Shown here: piece by piece, positions 36,240-45,732 of the stretch
Numbering within the stretch: position 1 is the stretch's first letter
How the letters are laid out: every line of letters begins with the position of its first letter
Assembly (NCBI GenBank): GCA_902626385.1
Contig: CACOEZ010000001.1
Location: 79,756 to 143,755 of the forward strand
Source of the DNA: an uncultured SAR86 cluster bacterium
GTDB taxonomy: Bacteria; Pseudomonadota; Gammaproteobacteria; Magnimaribacterales; D2472
Length of the DNA stretch: 64,000 nucleotides
Direction of reading: 5' to 3'
Position numbers and translations under genes: made by a program
The notes under the pieces: generated by a model
Seen by the model: the letters and a program-made list of their open reading frames with translations, nothing else
The model's database searches: none
What the model was told of the DNA's origin: nothing

Positions 36240-37051
36240 GATTTTCAGAAGAATTTGTTCAATCAACTAAAGATTCTTTAATTGAATGCGTGAATTCAGC
36301 CTCAGAAGAAATTATTAAAATATATAGAAGTGATAATTTTGAAAAAACTGATAAAAAAGATGGATCGCCCCTTACAGCAGCTGACAAAGCTTCAAATGAA
36401 ATTATCTTAGACCGATTAAAGAAAATTACTCCATCAATTCAAATCATTTCAGAAGAAACATTTGAAACATCTCTTCTCAAAGAATTACCTGAGGTATATT
36501 GGTTAGTTGATCCTCTTGATGGAACAAGAGAATTTATCAACAAAACCGATGAATTCACCGTAAATATAGCATTAATTGAGAATGGAAGATCTGTTTATGG
36601 GATTGTATCAGCCCCAGTTCAAAATAAAACTTGGCTTGGATCAATATTTCATAAAGAAGGGCATGATAACAATACCCCAGATGTTGTCAGAATAGTTATG
36701 AGCAAGAGTCACAAAAGTAGCAATGATGAATTATTTTTAGAATTTCTAGAAAAAAGCAATATTAAATATAAAATCGTTGAAAAGGGCAGTTCTTTAAAGC
36801 TTTGTACATTATCAGATAACGAAGCAGACATTTATCCAAGATTTGGTCCAACATCTGAGTGGGATATCGCTGCAGCTCATGCTGTTTTAAATTCTTACGG
36901 AGGCAGTGTTATAAACATTGAGAATTCAATAGAACTTTCGTATTCAAAAACTAATTCGATCTTGAATCCTTACTTTATCTGCACCAGAAATGATGCAATA
37001 AAAGACACTTTTATGCCAATTTTAGGAGATTTTTTTAAAAAATTGGTATAA
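36236..37051 (+). CDS. cysQ: 3'(2'),5'-bisphosphate nucleotidase
   Basis: Inositol-monophosphatase fold motifs EET, WLVDPLDGTREF, WDIAAAHAVL. Confidence 0.8.
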   Translation: MRFSEEFVQSTKDSLIECVNSASEEIIKIYRSDNFEKTDKKDGSPLTAADKASNEIILDRLKKITPSIQIISEETFETSLLKELPEVYWLVDPLDGTREFINKTDEFTVNIALIENGRSVYGIVSAPVQNKTWLGSIFHKEGHDNNTPDVVRIVMSKSHKSSNDELFLEFLEKSNIKYKIVEKGSSLKLCTLSDNEADIYPRFGPTSEWDIAAAHAVLNSYGGSVINIENSIELSYSKTNSILNPYFICTRNDAIKDTFMPILGDFFKKLV

Positions 37052-37105
37052 TTCAAATATAAACATAATTAATTGATATAATTAATTATAATTAAAACTT
37101 ATAAT

Positions 37106-37966
37106 ATGGGCACACAGTTACAACCTTCTCAGCTTAATAGTCCAGGAAAAGATATAGAGTCTTATCTTTCTTCTGTTCATGCAATACCGATTCTTACGAA
37201 AGAGCAGGAACAAGAACTTGCACTCAAATTATATGAAGAAGATGACTTGGATGCTGCAAGACAGCTTGTGATTCACCATCTTAGATTTGTAGTTCATATT
37301 GCAAGATCGTACCAAGGTTACGGCTTGCCCCTTGGGGATATTATTCAAGAAGGTAACGTTGGTTTAATGAAAGCCGTTGATAAATATGATCCTCATAGAG
37401 GAGTAAAGCTTGTTTCTTTCGCAGTCCATTGGATTAAAGCTGAAATCCATGAATATATTCTTAAGAATTGGAGGCTTGTTAAGATTGCTACAACTAAAGC
37501 ACAAAGAAAATTATTCTTTAATTTAAGAAGTAAGAAAAAAAGCCTAGATTGGCTTACAAAAGAAGAAGCTGAAAGTATTGCCTCGGACCTCAATGTTGAT
37601 GTGAAAGATGTTTTACATATGGAAAATAGGCTTTCTTCAAACGATTCGTCTTTTGATGCCCCAGTTCCGATAGGAGATGATGAAGAGATAATGTCTCCCT
37701 CTCAATACTTAGAGGATAAAAGATATGATCCTGAAGTCATAGTAGCAAATGAGCAAGCAGAAGAAGTTAACAGAAGTGAATTAGTTGAAGCGCTAAAAAT
37801 GCTTGATAACAGAAGCAAAGATATCCTTCAAAGAAGATATTTGGCTGACCAAAAAGCAACACTTCATGATTTGGCAGATGAATATGAAGTATCTGCAGAG
37901 AGAATTCGACAAATCGAAAATAGCGCACTTAAGAAACTTAAATCTTTAATGGTTGATTTTGCCTAA
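37106..37966 (+). CDS. rpoH: RNA polymerase sigma-32 factor
   Basis: Region 2 IIQEGNVGLMKAVDKYDP. RpoH-box-like KAQRKLFFNLRS. Region 4 VSAERIRQIENSALKKL. Confidence 0.9.
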   Translation: MGTQLQPSQLNSPGKDIESYLSSVHAIPILTKEQEQELALKLYEEDDLDAARQLVIHHLRFVVHIARSYQGYGLPLGDIIQEGNVGLMKAVDKYDPHRGVKLVSFAVHWIKAEIHEYILKNWRLVKIATTKAQRKLFFNLRSKKKSLDWLTKEEAESIASDLNVDVKDVLHMENRLSSNDSSFDAPVPIGDDEEIMSPSQYLEDKRYDPEVIVANEQAEEVNRSELVEALKMLDNRSKDILQRRYLADQKATLHDLADEYEVSAERIRQIENSALKKLKSLMVDFA

Positions 37967-37978
37967 ATCAACCCCTAG

Positions 37979-38617
37979 ATGCGCCTAAAATTTTTACCAT
38001 CTTTTGTTAAAAGAAAAGGCAGAATAACAAAACGACAATCCCAAGGCTTGAAAAATAAAGATGATTTTCTTATTTTAAATATCGACGATATAAAATTATT
38101 AAATAAAGAATACTCATCTTGCCATTTAGAAATTGGTTTTGGAAATGCTGAAAACCTTTGCTCACAAGCAAAATTAAATCCTGACATCTTATATATTGGC
38201 TGTGAAGTTTATCAATCCGGCATAGGTTCATTATTAGCGTCTATCAAAGAGGATAAAATTAAAAACATACGAATATTTGACAAGGATATTAGATTATTAA
38301 TTGATGAGAAAGACGATAAAGTTTTTGATAGAGTAATTATTATTTGTCCTGATCCATGGCCAAAAGATAAACATCATAAGAGAAGGCTTATAAATTACGA
38401 TTTTCTTTCAATGATTTCAAAAACTATGAAGGAGGGTTCCGAAATATACATATCTACAGATTGGGAAAATTATGCAAGTCATATTAGAGAGTTATTTCTA
38501 AGAGCTAACTTTTTTATTGAAGCAAAGCTAAACAATAAAAAAACATTTTCAAAATTTGAAAGAAGGGGTAAAAGAGATGGCAGAACTATTTTTGAGTTTA
38601 GGCATCTAAAAAATTAA
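37979..38617 (+). CDS. trmB: tRNA (guanine46-N7)-methyltransferase
   Basis: EIGFGNAE SAM motif and CPDPWPKDKHHKRRL signature. Confidence 0.85.
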   Translation: MRLKFLPSFVKRKGRITKRQSQGLKNKDDFLILNIDDIKLLNKEYSSCHLEIGFGNAENLCSQAKLNPDILYIGCEVYQSGIGSLLASIKEDKIKNIRIFDKDIRLLIDEKDDKVFDRVIIICPDPWPKDKHHKRRLINYDFLSMISKTMKEGSEIYISTDWENYASHIRELFLRANFFIEAKLNNKKTFSKFERRGKRDGRTIFEFRHLKN

Positions 38618-39231
38618 TACTCAAATTTTTTTATGAAGTCTCTAACGGCTTCCGCTCTATGACTTATGGTATTTTTTAATTTGGGATCCATTTCAGCCAT
38701 TGAACATTTAAATTCATCAAGATAAAAAATCTTATCGTATCCAAATCCACCTGATCCTAAACTAGTAGTTGAAACTTTTCCGTGTATGGTCCCAAAAGAT
38801 ATTAGAGGCATAGGATCGTCATGATGTTTTACTCCAACCAAGCAACAAACATAATACGCATCAAGACTGCTTACTGACAGATCGTTTAATTTTTTAATTA
38901 ATTTATCTCTATTTTCTTTATCAGTAGCATTTGAACCAGCATATCTAGCAGAATATATTCCAGGTTCAAAGTTTAATTCTGGAACAACTAAGCCAGAATC
39001 ATCAGCTATAGTATATTTACCAGAATGAAGTGAGCCATGTTTAGCTTTTATTAAAGCATTTTCTAAAAAAGAAGTTCCGTCCTCTATTGCATCTTCAATG
39101 TCAAAATCATTTAGGGAAACAACATTATAATCCTTAAGTAAATTTTCGAATTCTCTAATTTTTCCAATGTTTGATGATGCGATTAGAATATCTTTATTTT
39201 TTTTCAAGCAGATAAACTCCTTCTGTTGCAA
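38614..39231 (-). CDS. rdgB: dITP/XTP pyrophosphatase (HAM1/RdgB family)
   Basis: ILIASSNIGKIREF, EDGTSFLENA, FGYDKIF, ISHRAEA motifs. The start may be the TTG at 39207. Confidence 0.85.
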   Translation of the reverse strand: MQQKEFICLKKNKDILIASSNIGKIREFENLLKDYNVVSLNDFDIEDAIEDGTSFLENALIKAKHGSLHSGKYTIADDSGLVVPELNFEPGIYSARYAGSNATDKENRDKLIKKLNDLSVSSLDAYYVCCLVGVKHHDDPMPLISFGTIHGKVSTTSLGSGGFGYDKIFYLDEFKCSMAEMDPKLKNTISHRAEAVRDFIKKFEY

Positions 39232-39787
39232 AAAAATTAGGATTGGTTGAAGACATTATTCCTTTTTTATTTTTTGGGCCTATAAAAAATTTTTCTTTTA
39301 TAGTGATTGATTGTTCCTCACAGAGATTTTCAAAGTCACGAATTGTACACAAATGAATATTTTCAGTTTCATACCAGCTTGAAGGTAGGTCAGGTGTTAC
39401 CGGCATTTTGCCAACTGCAAGATTTATCCTGCATCTCCAATAACCAAGATTAGGCAAGGTTACAACACATGTTTTTGAAAGTTTTAACATTTTTTCTAGA
39501 GCAATATTTGGATTTTTTAAGCATTGAATAGATCTTGCCATAATGGACATATCAAAGCCTGAGAACTCGAAATCATGTAAACCTAAGTCAATATCTAATT
39601 TTATTACAGGGACATTTTTTTCTATACAGCTAAGAATTTTTTTATCATTAATTTCAACTCCATAACCCTGTACATCTTTTTCATCTATAAGTTTTTTAAG
39701 AAGAGTTCCATCGCCACAACCAAAGTCTACGATTTTGCTTCCTCTTGGCACCCAATCTTGAATAACTTTTGATATTTCTATTGCCAT
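39194..39787 (-). CDS. metW: methionine biosynthesis protein MetW
   Basis: SAM-MTase-like VDFGCGDGTLL. Shares 1 nt with the metX stop, the usual metXW arrangement. Confidence 0.8.
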   Translation of the reverse strand: MAIEISKVIQDWVPRGSKIVDFGCGDGTLLKKLIDEKDVQGYGVEINDKKILSCIEKNVPVIKLDIDLGLHDFEFSGFDMSIMARSIQCLKNPNIALEKMLKLSKTCVVTLPNLGYWRCRINLAVGKMPVTPDLPSSWYETENIHLCTIRDFENLCEEQSITIKEKFFIGPKNKKGIMSSTNPNFFATEGVYLLEKK

Positions 39788-40875
39788 TATGATCCTATAA
39801 AATTCTTTATTGCTTTCGAATATTTTTCGCTATGAAATAGAAAACTATCGTGTCCTTGTTCTCCATCTAATACTATATAAGATGATTTAATATTTTGGTT
39901 TATTGCTGCAATTTGAATTTCTTTTCCTCGTGCAGGCGGATATAGCCAATCTGAATTAAATCCTATGATTAAAAGAGAAGCTTTAATATTTGCCATATTT
40001 TTTTCAAGAGTTTTACTATCGGTGGCAATATCGTAACCGTCCATCGCTTTGGTCATTATTATGTAACTATTAGCATCGAAGGACTCAGAAAATTTTTCAC
40101 CCTTATACTGTAAATAATTTTCTACTTCGAAATCTACATTTCCACTAACCTTGGAACCTTCTTCTTGGTATTTCCTTCCGAATCTTAAATTCATATGCTT
40201 CTCAGAAAGATACGTTATATGACCAAGCATCCTTGCGGCTTTAATTCCATCTTTAGGTCTTTTGTTATTTTTTATGTAATCGCCGTTACAAAAATTTGGA
40301 TCTTTTCGGATAGATTCTCGTGCAACTTCATTCATTGCAATATTTTGAGTACTTGATTTAGCTGCAGCAGCTAATATACCTGCTTTATTAACAAAGTCTG
40401 GATACGAAATCGCCCATTGTAAAGCTTGCATACCTCCTAAACTGCCACCAACAACAAGATGCCACTTTGATATCCCCAGCCTATCAGATAACATCTTTTG
40501 AGAGTTAACCCAATCTTCAACACTTACTTGTGGAAAATTTTTACCGTATATTTCATCTGATAATGGATTTATCTCAGTAGGCCCCGAAGAACCAGAACAG
40601 CCACCCAAATTATTACAACATACAACAAAAAATTTATTTGTATCTATTGCTTTATCCGGTCCAACTAATTGATCCCACCATCCAACCAGACCATCTGCAT
40701 TTTTTCCAGCGGCATGATGATTGCCTGAAAAAGCATGACATAAAAGTACTCCGTTAGATTTTGATTCATTTAACTCGCCATAAGTTTCAACCATTAGCTT
40801 AAAAGAGCTTAACTTTGTACCGTTTTCTAAAACTATGCCCTCATCAAAATCAAATATATTTGTTTCTATTTTCAT
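39787..40875 (-). CDS. metX: homoserine O-acyltransferase (MetX family)
   Basis: Alpha/beta-hydrolase nucleophile elbow GGSLGGMQALQW. LCHAFSGNHHAAG and GHDSFL motifs. Confidence 0.9.
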   Translation of the reverse strand: MKIETNIFDFDEGIVLENGTKLSSFKLMVETYGELNESKSNGVLLCHAFSGNHHAAGKNADGLVGWWDQLVGPDKAIDTNKFFVVCCNNLGGCSGSSGPTEINPLSDEIYGKNFPQVSVEDWVNSQKMLSDRLGISKWHLVVGGSLGGMQALQWAISYPDFVNKAGILAAAAKSSTQNIAMNEVARESIRKDPNFCNGDYIKNNKRPKDGIKAARMLGHITYLSEKHMNLRFGRKYQEEGSKVSGNVDFEVENYLQYKGEKFSESFDANSYIIMTKAMDGYDIATDSKTLEKNMANIKASLLIIGFNSDWLYPPARGKEIQIAAINQNIKSSYIVLDGEQGHDSFLFHSEKYSKAIKNFIGS

Positions 40876-41396
40876 ACGATATATCTGAGAATGTCATCTA
40901 AAAAACCACTTACAAATTGTATTAAGATGAAAATAAATAGAGGTGAAAAATCTAGACCACCTGCAGCAGGAATATATCTTCTCAAAGGCGATAATATTTT
41001 TAATGATATTTCTTCAACTATTTCAATGAATGGATTTGAGTTCTTTGGCTGCACCCAACTGAGGATAACTCCACCTATAATTGCAAATAATATTACTCTT
41101 ATAATTATTTGAAGATTTTGAATTATCGCAACACCAAAAAGAATAATCGCATCATAACTGCTTGAATAAAGAAGAAATAAAGATAAAAATTTAATAAGTA
41201 TTGCTAAAAAGATAATATTTAATTGTTGATTTGGCAGTAAGCTTAATTTAGAAAAAGGCTTATATGCCTTTATAAAAACGCTGACAATTTTATTGTAGTA
41301 ATTTATTTTTAATGCGCTAAAAATAAATAAAAAAATAAAAGCATAATTAATAACACTCAATAGCAAACTTAGAGCTTGATAATCACTAGAATTCAT
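40872..41396 (-). CDS. yggT: YggT family membrane protein
   Basis: Four TM segments with a GGLDFSPL motif. Sits after proC-yggS as in other gammaproteobacteria. ATG 41396 preferred; the listed ORF extends to 41438. Confidence 0.7.
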   Translation of the reverse strand: MNSSDYQALSLLLSVINYAFIFLFIFSALKINYYNKIVSVFIKAYKPFSKLSLLPNQQLNIIFLAILIKFLSLFLLYSSSYDAIILFGVAIIQNLQIIIRVILFAIIGGVILSWVQPKNSNPFIEIVEEISLKILSPLRRYIPAAGGLDFSPLFIFILIQFVSGFLDDILRYIV

Positions 41397-42177
41397 TAGA
41401 TATCTCTTTTGATCTTTTAACTGCGGACCGCAGTCCATCTTTAAAATATTTGTTTAGTTTATTTTTTTTAAATGAATCTAAGCCTGCCTCAGTTGTTCCT
41501 TTTTTTGAAGCAACCATCGTAACTAGTGCATCTAGATCATTATTATAATTAATTGACATACTTACACCTTTTAAAAGATTCACCATTATCTCATTTACTT
41601 TTCTATTATCGTTACCACACATTTTAAGAAGTTCTTTTTCATATACTTTAAGAATATAGAAAAAGTAAGCAGGCCCACTGCCAACTAATCCAGTAAATTG
41701 ATCCATTTCAATTTCTTTATTCAATTCAATAACCATACCAACTTTATTAAATAATTTATCGATAAATTTTCTATCTTCTATACTAAAGGTCGAATTGAAT
41801 AAAGCCGTAATTCCAAGACCATACCTAGAGGAAGTATTAGGCATAGCTCTCATGAATTTAGTAGTTTCATCAATCTTTATATACTTGTTTGATTTAATGC
41901 CAGCGACAAAGCTAATGACCTTTGCATTTTTCTTAAGCTGTTTTATTTCTTTAAAACTATTTAAAGCATCTTTTGGCTTAACGCACAAAAAAAAGAATGA
42001 AATTTGATCTGTTTTATCTCTGCTAAATTCTTTAATTTTTAACTTTTCTAATTTTTTTTTATTTTTAGTATTTCTATCAATAAAAAAAATATTGTTTCTT
42101 TTATAACCTGATTTTATTAACCCCTCTATTACAGACTGTGCAATATTTCCACCACCAAAAAACAATATATTTTTCAT
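41386..42177 (-). CDS. proC: pyrroline-5-carboxylate reductase
   Basis: N-terminal Rossmann FFGGGNIAQSV, MPNTSS, KKGTTEAGL motifs. Confidence 0.85.
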   Translation of the reverse strand: MKNILFFGGGNIAQSVIEGLIKSGYKRNNIFFIDRNTKNKKKLEKLKIKEFSRDKTDQISFFFLCVKPKDALNSFKEIKQLKKNAKVISFVAGIKSNKYIKIDETTKFMRAMPNTSSRYGLGITALFNSTFSIEDRKFIDKLFNKVGMVIELNKEIEMDQFTGLVGSGPAYFFYILKVYEKELLKMCGNDNRKVNEIMVNLLKGVSMSINYNNDLDALVTMVASKKGTTEAGLDSFKKNKLNKYFKDGLRSAVKRSKEISNEF

Positions 42178-42860
42178 AGCCTCTTACCAAAAATTGATTC
42201 GCCTATTCTTACTATAGATGATCCATGCTCAATTGCATTCTGAAAATCGCTTGTTGTACCCAAAGATATCTCTTTTGCTTCAGGATACTTAGCTTGAACT
42301 TTAAGACTGTATTCATACATTTGTTTCATTTCTTGTATTTGATTTTTAGAATCTGCATGAATATTGGGAAGTGCCATTATTCCTTTTAGGTTAATATTAC
42401 TTGAAGCATCAACAATGCCTGCAAGATTTAAAAGTTCACTAGGAGAACAACCACTTTTAGTGGGCTCTTCAGAAACATTTACTTGAATCAAACCATTGAT
42501 AACATTATTAGACTCTTTACAAGCGTTATTTAGTTTATAAATAATTTTTTCTCTATCAAGTGTATGTATCCAAGATGCATAATTTGCAACCAATTTTACT
42601 TTATTAGATTGAAGCGGTCCTATGAAGTGCCAGTTAATATCATTTGAGGATATTTGAATATTTTTTTCTTTGAGTTCTTGAGCATAGTTTTCCCCAAAAT
42701 GAAATATTCCTGACTCTATAGCAGCTTGAATATGTTCTAAACTTTTTCGTTTAGAAACAGCAACAAGTAAAACCTTTTTTCCTATTTGTTCAGAATTAGA
42801 AACACTAGTATTTATCTTTTCTAAGATTTTGCCAATATTTTTTTTTATATCTGTTTGCAT
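42174..42860 (-). CDS. yggS: PLP-homeostasis protein YggS (alanine-racemase-fold)
   Basis: LVAVSKRKS (PLP Lys), HFIGPLQSNK, SLGTTSDF motifs. Confidence 0.85.
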   Translation of the reverse strand: MQTDIKKNIGKILEKINTSVSNSEQIGKKVLLVAVSKRKSLEHIQAAIESGIFHFGENYAQELKEKNIQISSNDINWHFIGPLQSNKVKLVANYASWIHTLDREKIIYKLNNACKESNNVINGLIQVNVSEEPTKSGCSPSELLNLAGIVDASSNINLKGIMALPNIHADSKNQIQEMKQMYEYSLKVQAKYPEAKEISLGTTSDFQNAIEHGSSIVRIGESIFGKRL

Positions 42861-43375
42861 AAAGTTCTTAATCTAGGATCAAATCCTCTTTTGGTTATTC
42901 TTTCTTTAGCATTATTTGCTCCAGACCTATTTTGATAAGGACCTGTAATGACACTGTTGAGTGGTTTACCTGGTTGAAGAGTGCTATAAACAATATTGAT
43001 TGATATATTATCTATTTCATTTTTAAGCATTTTTTCTGCTTCCTCAGCATATTTTCTGTTTCCGTATGCTCCGATCTGAACATAGTATTCACAATTAACT
43101 TTATTTTCTTCAGTTGACTCAATTAAAACCGAGTTCTCCATCAATGAAGATGGAAAATCAAATTCTACATTATTAATAGAATCTTCAAATTGAATCGAAG
43201 TAACATCAGTTTTAAAGTAAAAAATTGATATCGAAATTAAGCCTAGCGAAATAAAAATAATAAAGTAAAAAACTTGTCTTGATATTGGCTCAGGCGTCTG
43301 TCTATTAGATCTAAAAACAGACTTATTTTTTTTGTAATTTCTTTTTTTTGAGGTCTTTTGAGCAAAGTCTTTCAT
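42845..43375 (-). CDS. SPOR domain membrane protein
   Basis: Basic N-terminus, one TM. C-terminal SPOR-like YYVQIGAYGNRKYAEEAEKML...GPYQNRSGAN. ATG 43375 avoids overlap with argS. Confidence 0.65.
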   Translation of the reverse strand: MKDFAQKTSKKRNYKKNKSVFRSNRQTPEPISRQVFYFIIFISLGLISISIFYFKTDVTSIQFEDSINNVEFDFPSSLMENSVLIESTEENKVNCEYYVQIGAYGNRKYAEEAEKMLKNEIDNISINIVYSTLQPGKPLNSVITGPYQNRSGANNAKERITKRGFDPRLRTLCKQI

Positions 43376-43383
43376 GTTATTTA

Positions 43384-45123
43384 TTACATTTTTTGCATTG
43401 GTGAAATACCAAGTAAATTCAGCCCATTGGAAATAATTTGTCTCACGGATGACATGCAATTAATTATAAATTCTTGATTATCTCTTTCTTCAGACAAAAT
43501 ATGATTATCATTGTAATAACTATGAAATATTTGGGATAAATCTCTCAGGTAAAAGATAATTAGATGCGGCTGACATGAAAAAGCTGATTTATTCACAATA
43601 TCTGGATACTTTGATATTTCATGTATCAATTTGTCACATTTTAAATATTCAATATTGGAGAGATTAAATTCTTTTATATTTTTCGAGCTCTTAAGCTCTT
43701 TATATTTCTCTTCTAATGAGAAAATTCTCGCATGAGCATATTGAATATAGTAAAAAATATTTTCTTTACTATCTGATTTAGCCAAGTCAATATCAAAGTC
43801 TAGATGCTGATCAGCTTGCTTTGATAAATAATAAAATCTTGCAGCATCAGACCCAATATCTTCTATTAAATCATTAAGTGAATAAAATTCACCTGATCTT
43901 GTTGACATCTTTACCTTTGAACCATCTTTATAAAGATTTGCAAATTGCACCAGCTTTACAATCAACTTTTCTTTTTTTGAACCAAGCCCCTCTATTGAGG
44001 ATTCTATTCTTTTGATATATCCATGATGATCCGCGCCCCAAATGTTAATTATTTCGTCGAAACCTCTATCTATTTTGTTCTTGTGATAAGCAACATCTGA
44101 TGCAAAATATGTTGCTCTCCCATCATCCCTTACAAGCACTCGATGCTTATCATCTCCGCTGTCTTCAGTATTTAGCCAAATCGCTCCATCTTTTTTATAT
44201 GCTTGTTTATTTTCTTCTAATCTATTAATAGCAACTGATATTTCTGATTTACTATCATCCAGTGAACCTAAAGATGACTCATAGAACCAATTATTGAACT
44301 CTACATTAAAACTTCTAAGGTCGTTTTTTATATCTTTGATAATGCTTTCGAGAGAAAAGTCTTTGACAGCTTCCCAACCCTCTTGGAAATGGTTCTTTAA
44401 ATAAGAAATTATTTCATCAATCTCTTTTTCTGGATCTTTGGACAAGCTATCTAAAATTGACTTATCTATTATTAAATTAAAATTATCTTTTTCCAGAATT
44501 TTTTTACCCAAATCTTCAATATATTTACCTTTGTATGCATTTTGTGGAAAAAAGTTATTGTCAGACTCATACATTTTCATAATTACGCTAGCTGAAAGAA
44601 TATCTATTTGCCTACCCGCATCATTAACGTAGTATTCTTTTTCTACATTCGAGCCAGTTGCAGACAATATTCTTGCAAGCGCATCACCATAGGCCGCACC
44701 TCGACCATGCCCGACATGCAATGGACCCGTTGGATTCGCCGACACAAACTCTATTTGTACTTTTCGATTACTATTGACAGAAGACTCTCCAAATTTTTCT
44801 TTCTGTTGATTGATTATTTTCAAAGTTGAAAGGAAGTCTTCTCGTTTAAGAGTTACATTTATAAAACCAGGGCCAGCAGATTCAACTTTTTCGAAAATTT
44901 TAAGTGAGTCAAGCTTATCAGCAAGATCTGATGAAAGCTTTTTTGGGTTTAGTTTAAGCTGACTTGCAACAATCATACATATGTTTGAGGTTAAATGACC
45001 ATTCTTAAGATCATCAGTTATTGAAGTTGTGCTTTTCTTATCAATTACTTCTAAGGATTTTTCATTAACACCTTCAAGATTACTTAGAAAACTTAAAATT
45101 TCAGCATTTAATCTCTCAATCAA
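43384..45123 (-). CDS. argS: arginine--tRNA ligase
   Basis: HIGH-type PTGPLHVGHGRGA. MSTRSG (KMSKS-like). C-terminal DALR anticodon-binding region. Confidence 0.95.
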   Translation of the reverse strand: MIERLNAEILSFLSNLEGVNEKSLEVIDKKSTTSITDDLKNGHLTSNICMIVASQLKLNPKKLSSDLADKLDSLKIFEKVESAGPGFINVTLKREDFLSTLKIINQQKEKFGESSVNSNRKVQIEFVSANPTGPLHVGHGRGAAYGDALARILSATGSNVEKEYYVNDAGRQIDILSASVIMKMYESDNNFFPQNAYKGKYIEDLGKKILEKDNFNLIIDKSILDSLSKDPEKEIDEIISYLKNHFQEGWEAVKDFSLESIIKDIKNDLRSFNVEFNNWFYESSLGSLDDSKSEISVAINRLEENKQAYKKDGAIWLNTEDSGDDKHRVLVRDDGRATYFASDVAYHKNKIDRGFDEIINIWGADHHGYIKRIESSIEGLGSKKEKLIVKLVQFANLYKDGSKVKMSTRSGEFYSLNDLIEDIGSDAARFYYLSKQADQHLDFDIDLAKSDSKENIFYYIQYAHARIFSLEEKYKELKSSKNIKEFNLSNIEYLKCDKLIHEISKYPDIVNKSAFSCQPHLIIFYLRDLSQIFHSYYNDNHILSEERDNQEFIINCMSSVRQIISNGLNLLGISPMQKM

Positions 45124-45686
45124 CTTTTTGATCTCCCCACATAAGTTTTATCTCTGGTATCAACCTTAATAATTTCTTTTTCATTTACAAATAAGGGAAC
45201 CTGTATCTCTTCTCCTGTTTGAAGCTTTGCGATTTTAGTAGCACCTGAAACTGTATCACCTTTTACTCCGGGCTCAGCACTAATGATCTGAAGCTCAACT
45301 ATTACTGGAGGAGTTACAAGAATTGGTTGATTATTCCACAAAACGATTTCACAAACCTCTTGACCAACAAGCCACTTTTTGGCCTCACCAATTTGAGATT
45401 GATTTACCTCAATTTGCTCATAAGTATTTGTATCCATAAAATGCCATGATTCATTATCGTGATATAAAAACTCCATTTCTTTATGGTTTACATCTGCCGC
45501 CTCAACACTCTCACCTGACTTGAAAGTCTTGTCGTTAGTGTTACCAGTTAAAAGATTTTTATACTTAACTCTCATTACAGCCTGACCCTTACCTGGCTTA
45601 TGGAATTCGTGCTCCACAATTGAACAAGGCGCATTATCGATAATAAGCTTGGTTCCATTTTTAAACTGATTAGTAGAAATTTTCAT
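45120..45686 (-). CDS. efp: elongation factor P
   Basis: 188 aa. KPGKGQAVMRVKYKNL loop with a conserved Lys. Three OB/KOW-like domains. Confidence 0.95.
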   Translation of the reverse strand: MKISTNQFKNGTKLIIDNAPCSIVEHEFHKPGKGQAVMRVKYKNLLTGNTNDKTFKSGESVEAADVNHKEMEFLYHDNESWHFMDTNTYEQIEVNQSQIGEAKKWLVGQEVCEIVLWNNQPILVTPPVIVELQIISAEPGVKGDTVSGATKIAKLQTGEEIQVPLFVNEKEIIKVDTRDKTYVGRSKS

Positions 45687-45732
45687 AATAAATTCAATTT
45701 TTATATGTTATTTTAATAGCGAGGTATCCCAA

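Noticed and set aside
37052-37105. AT-only direct repeats (ATAATTAATT twice) and TATAAT-like hexamers upstream of rpoH, considered as promoter or thermosensor elements.
   Set aside because: I could not find a -35/-10 pair with 16-18 bp spacing, and the repeats are low-complexity AT sequence. The rpoH thermosensor in E. coli is within the coding region and cannot be judged by eye here.
40876-40900. Looked for a SAM riboswitch or leader ahead of metX-metW.
   Set aside because: metX overlaps the upstream yggT gene by 4 nt, leaving no untranslated leader to hold a riboswitch.
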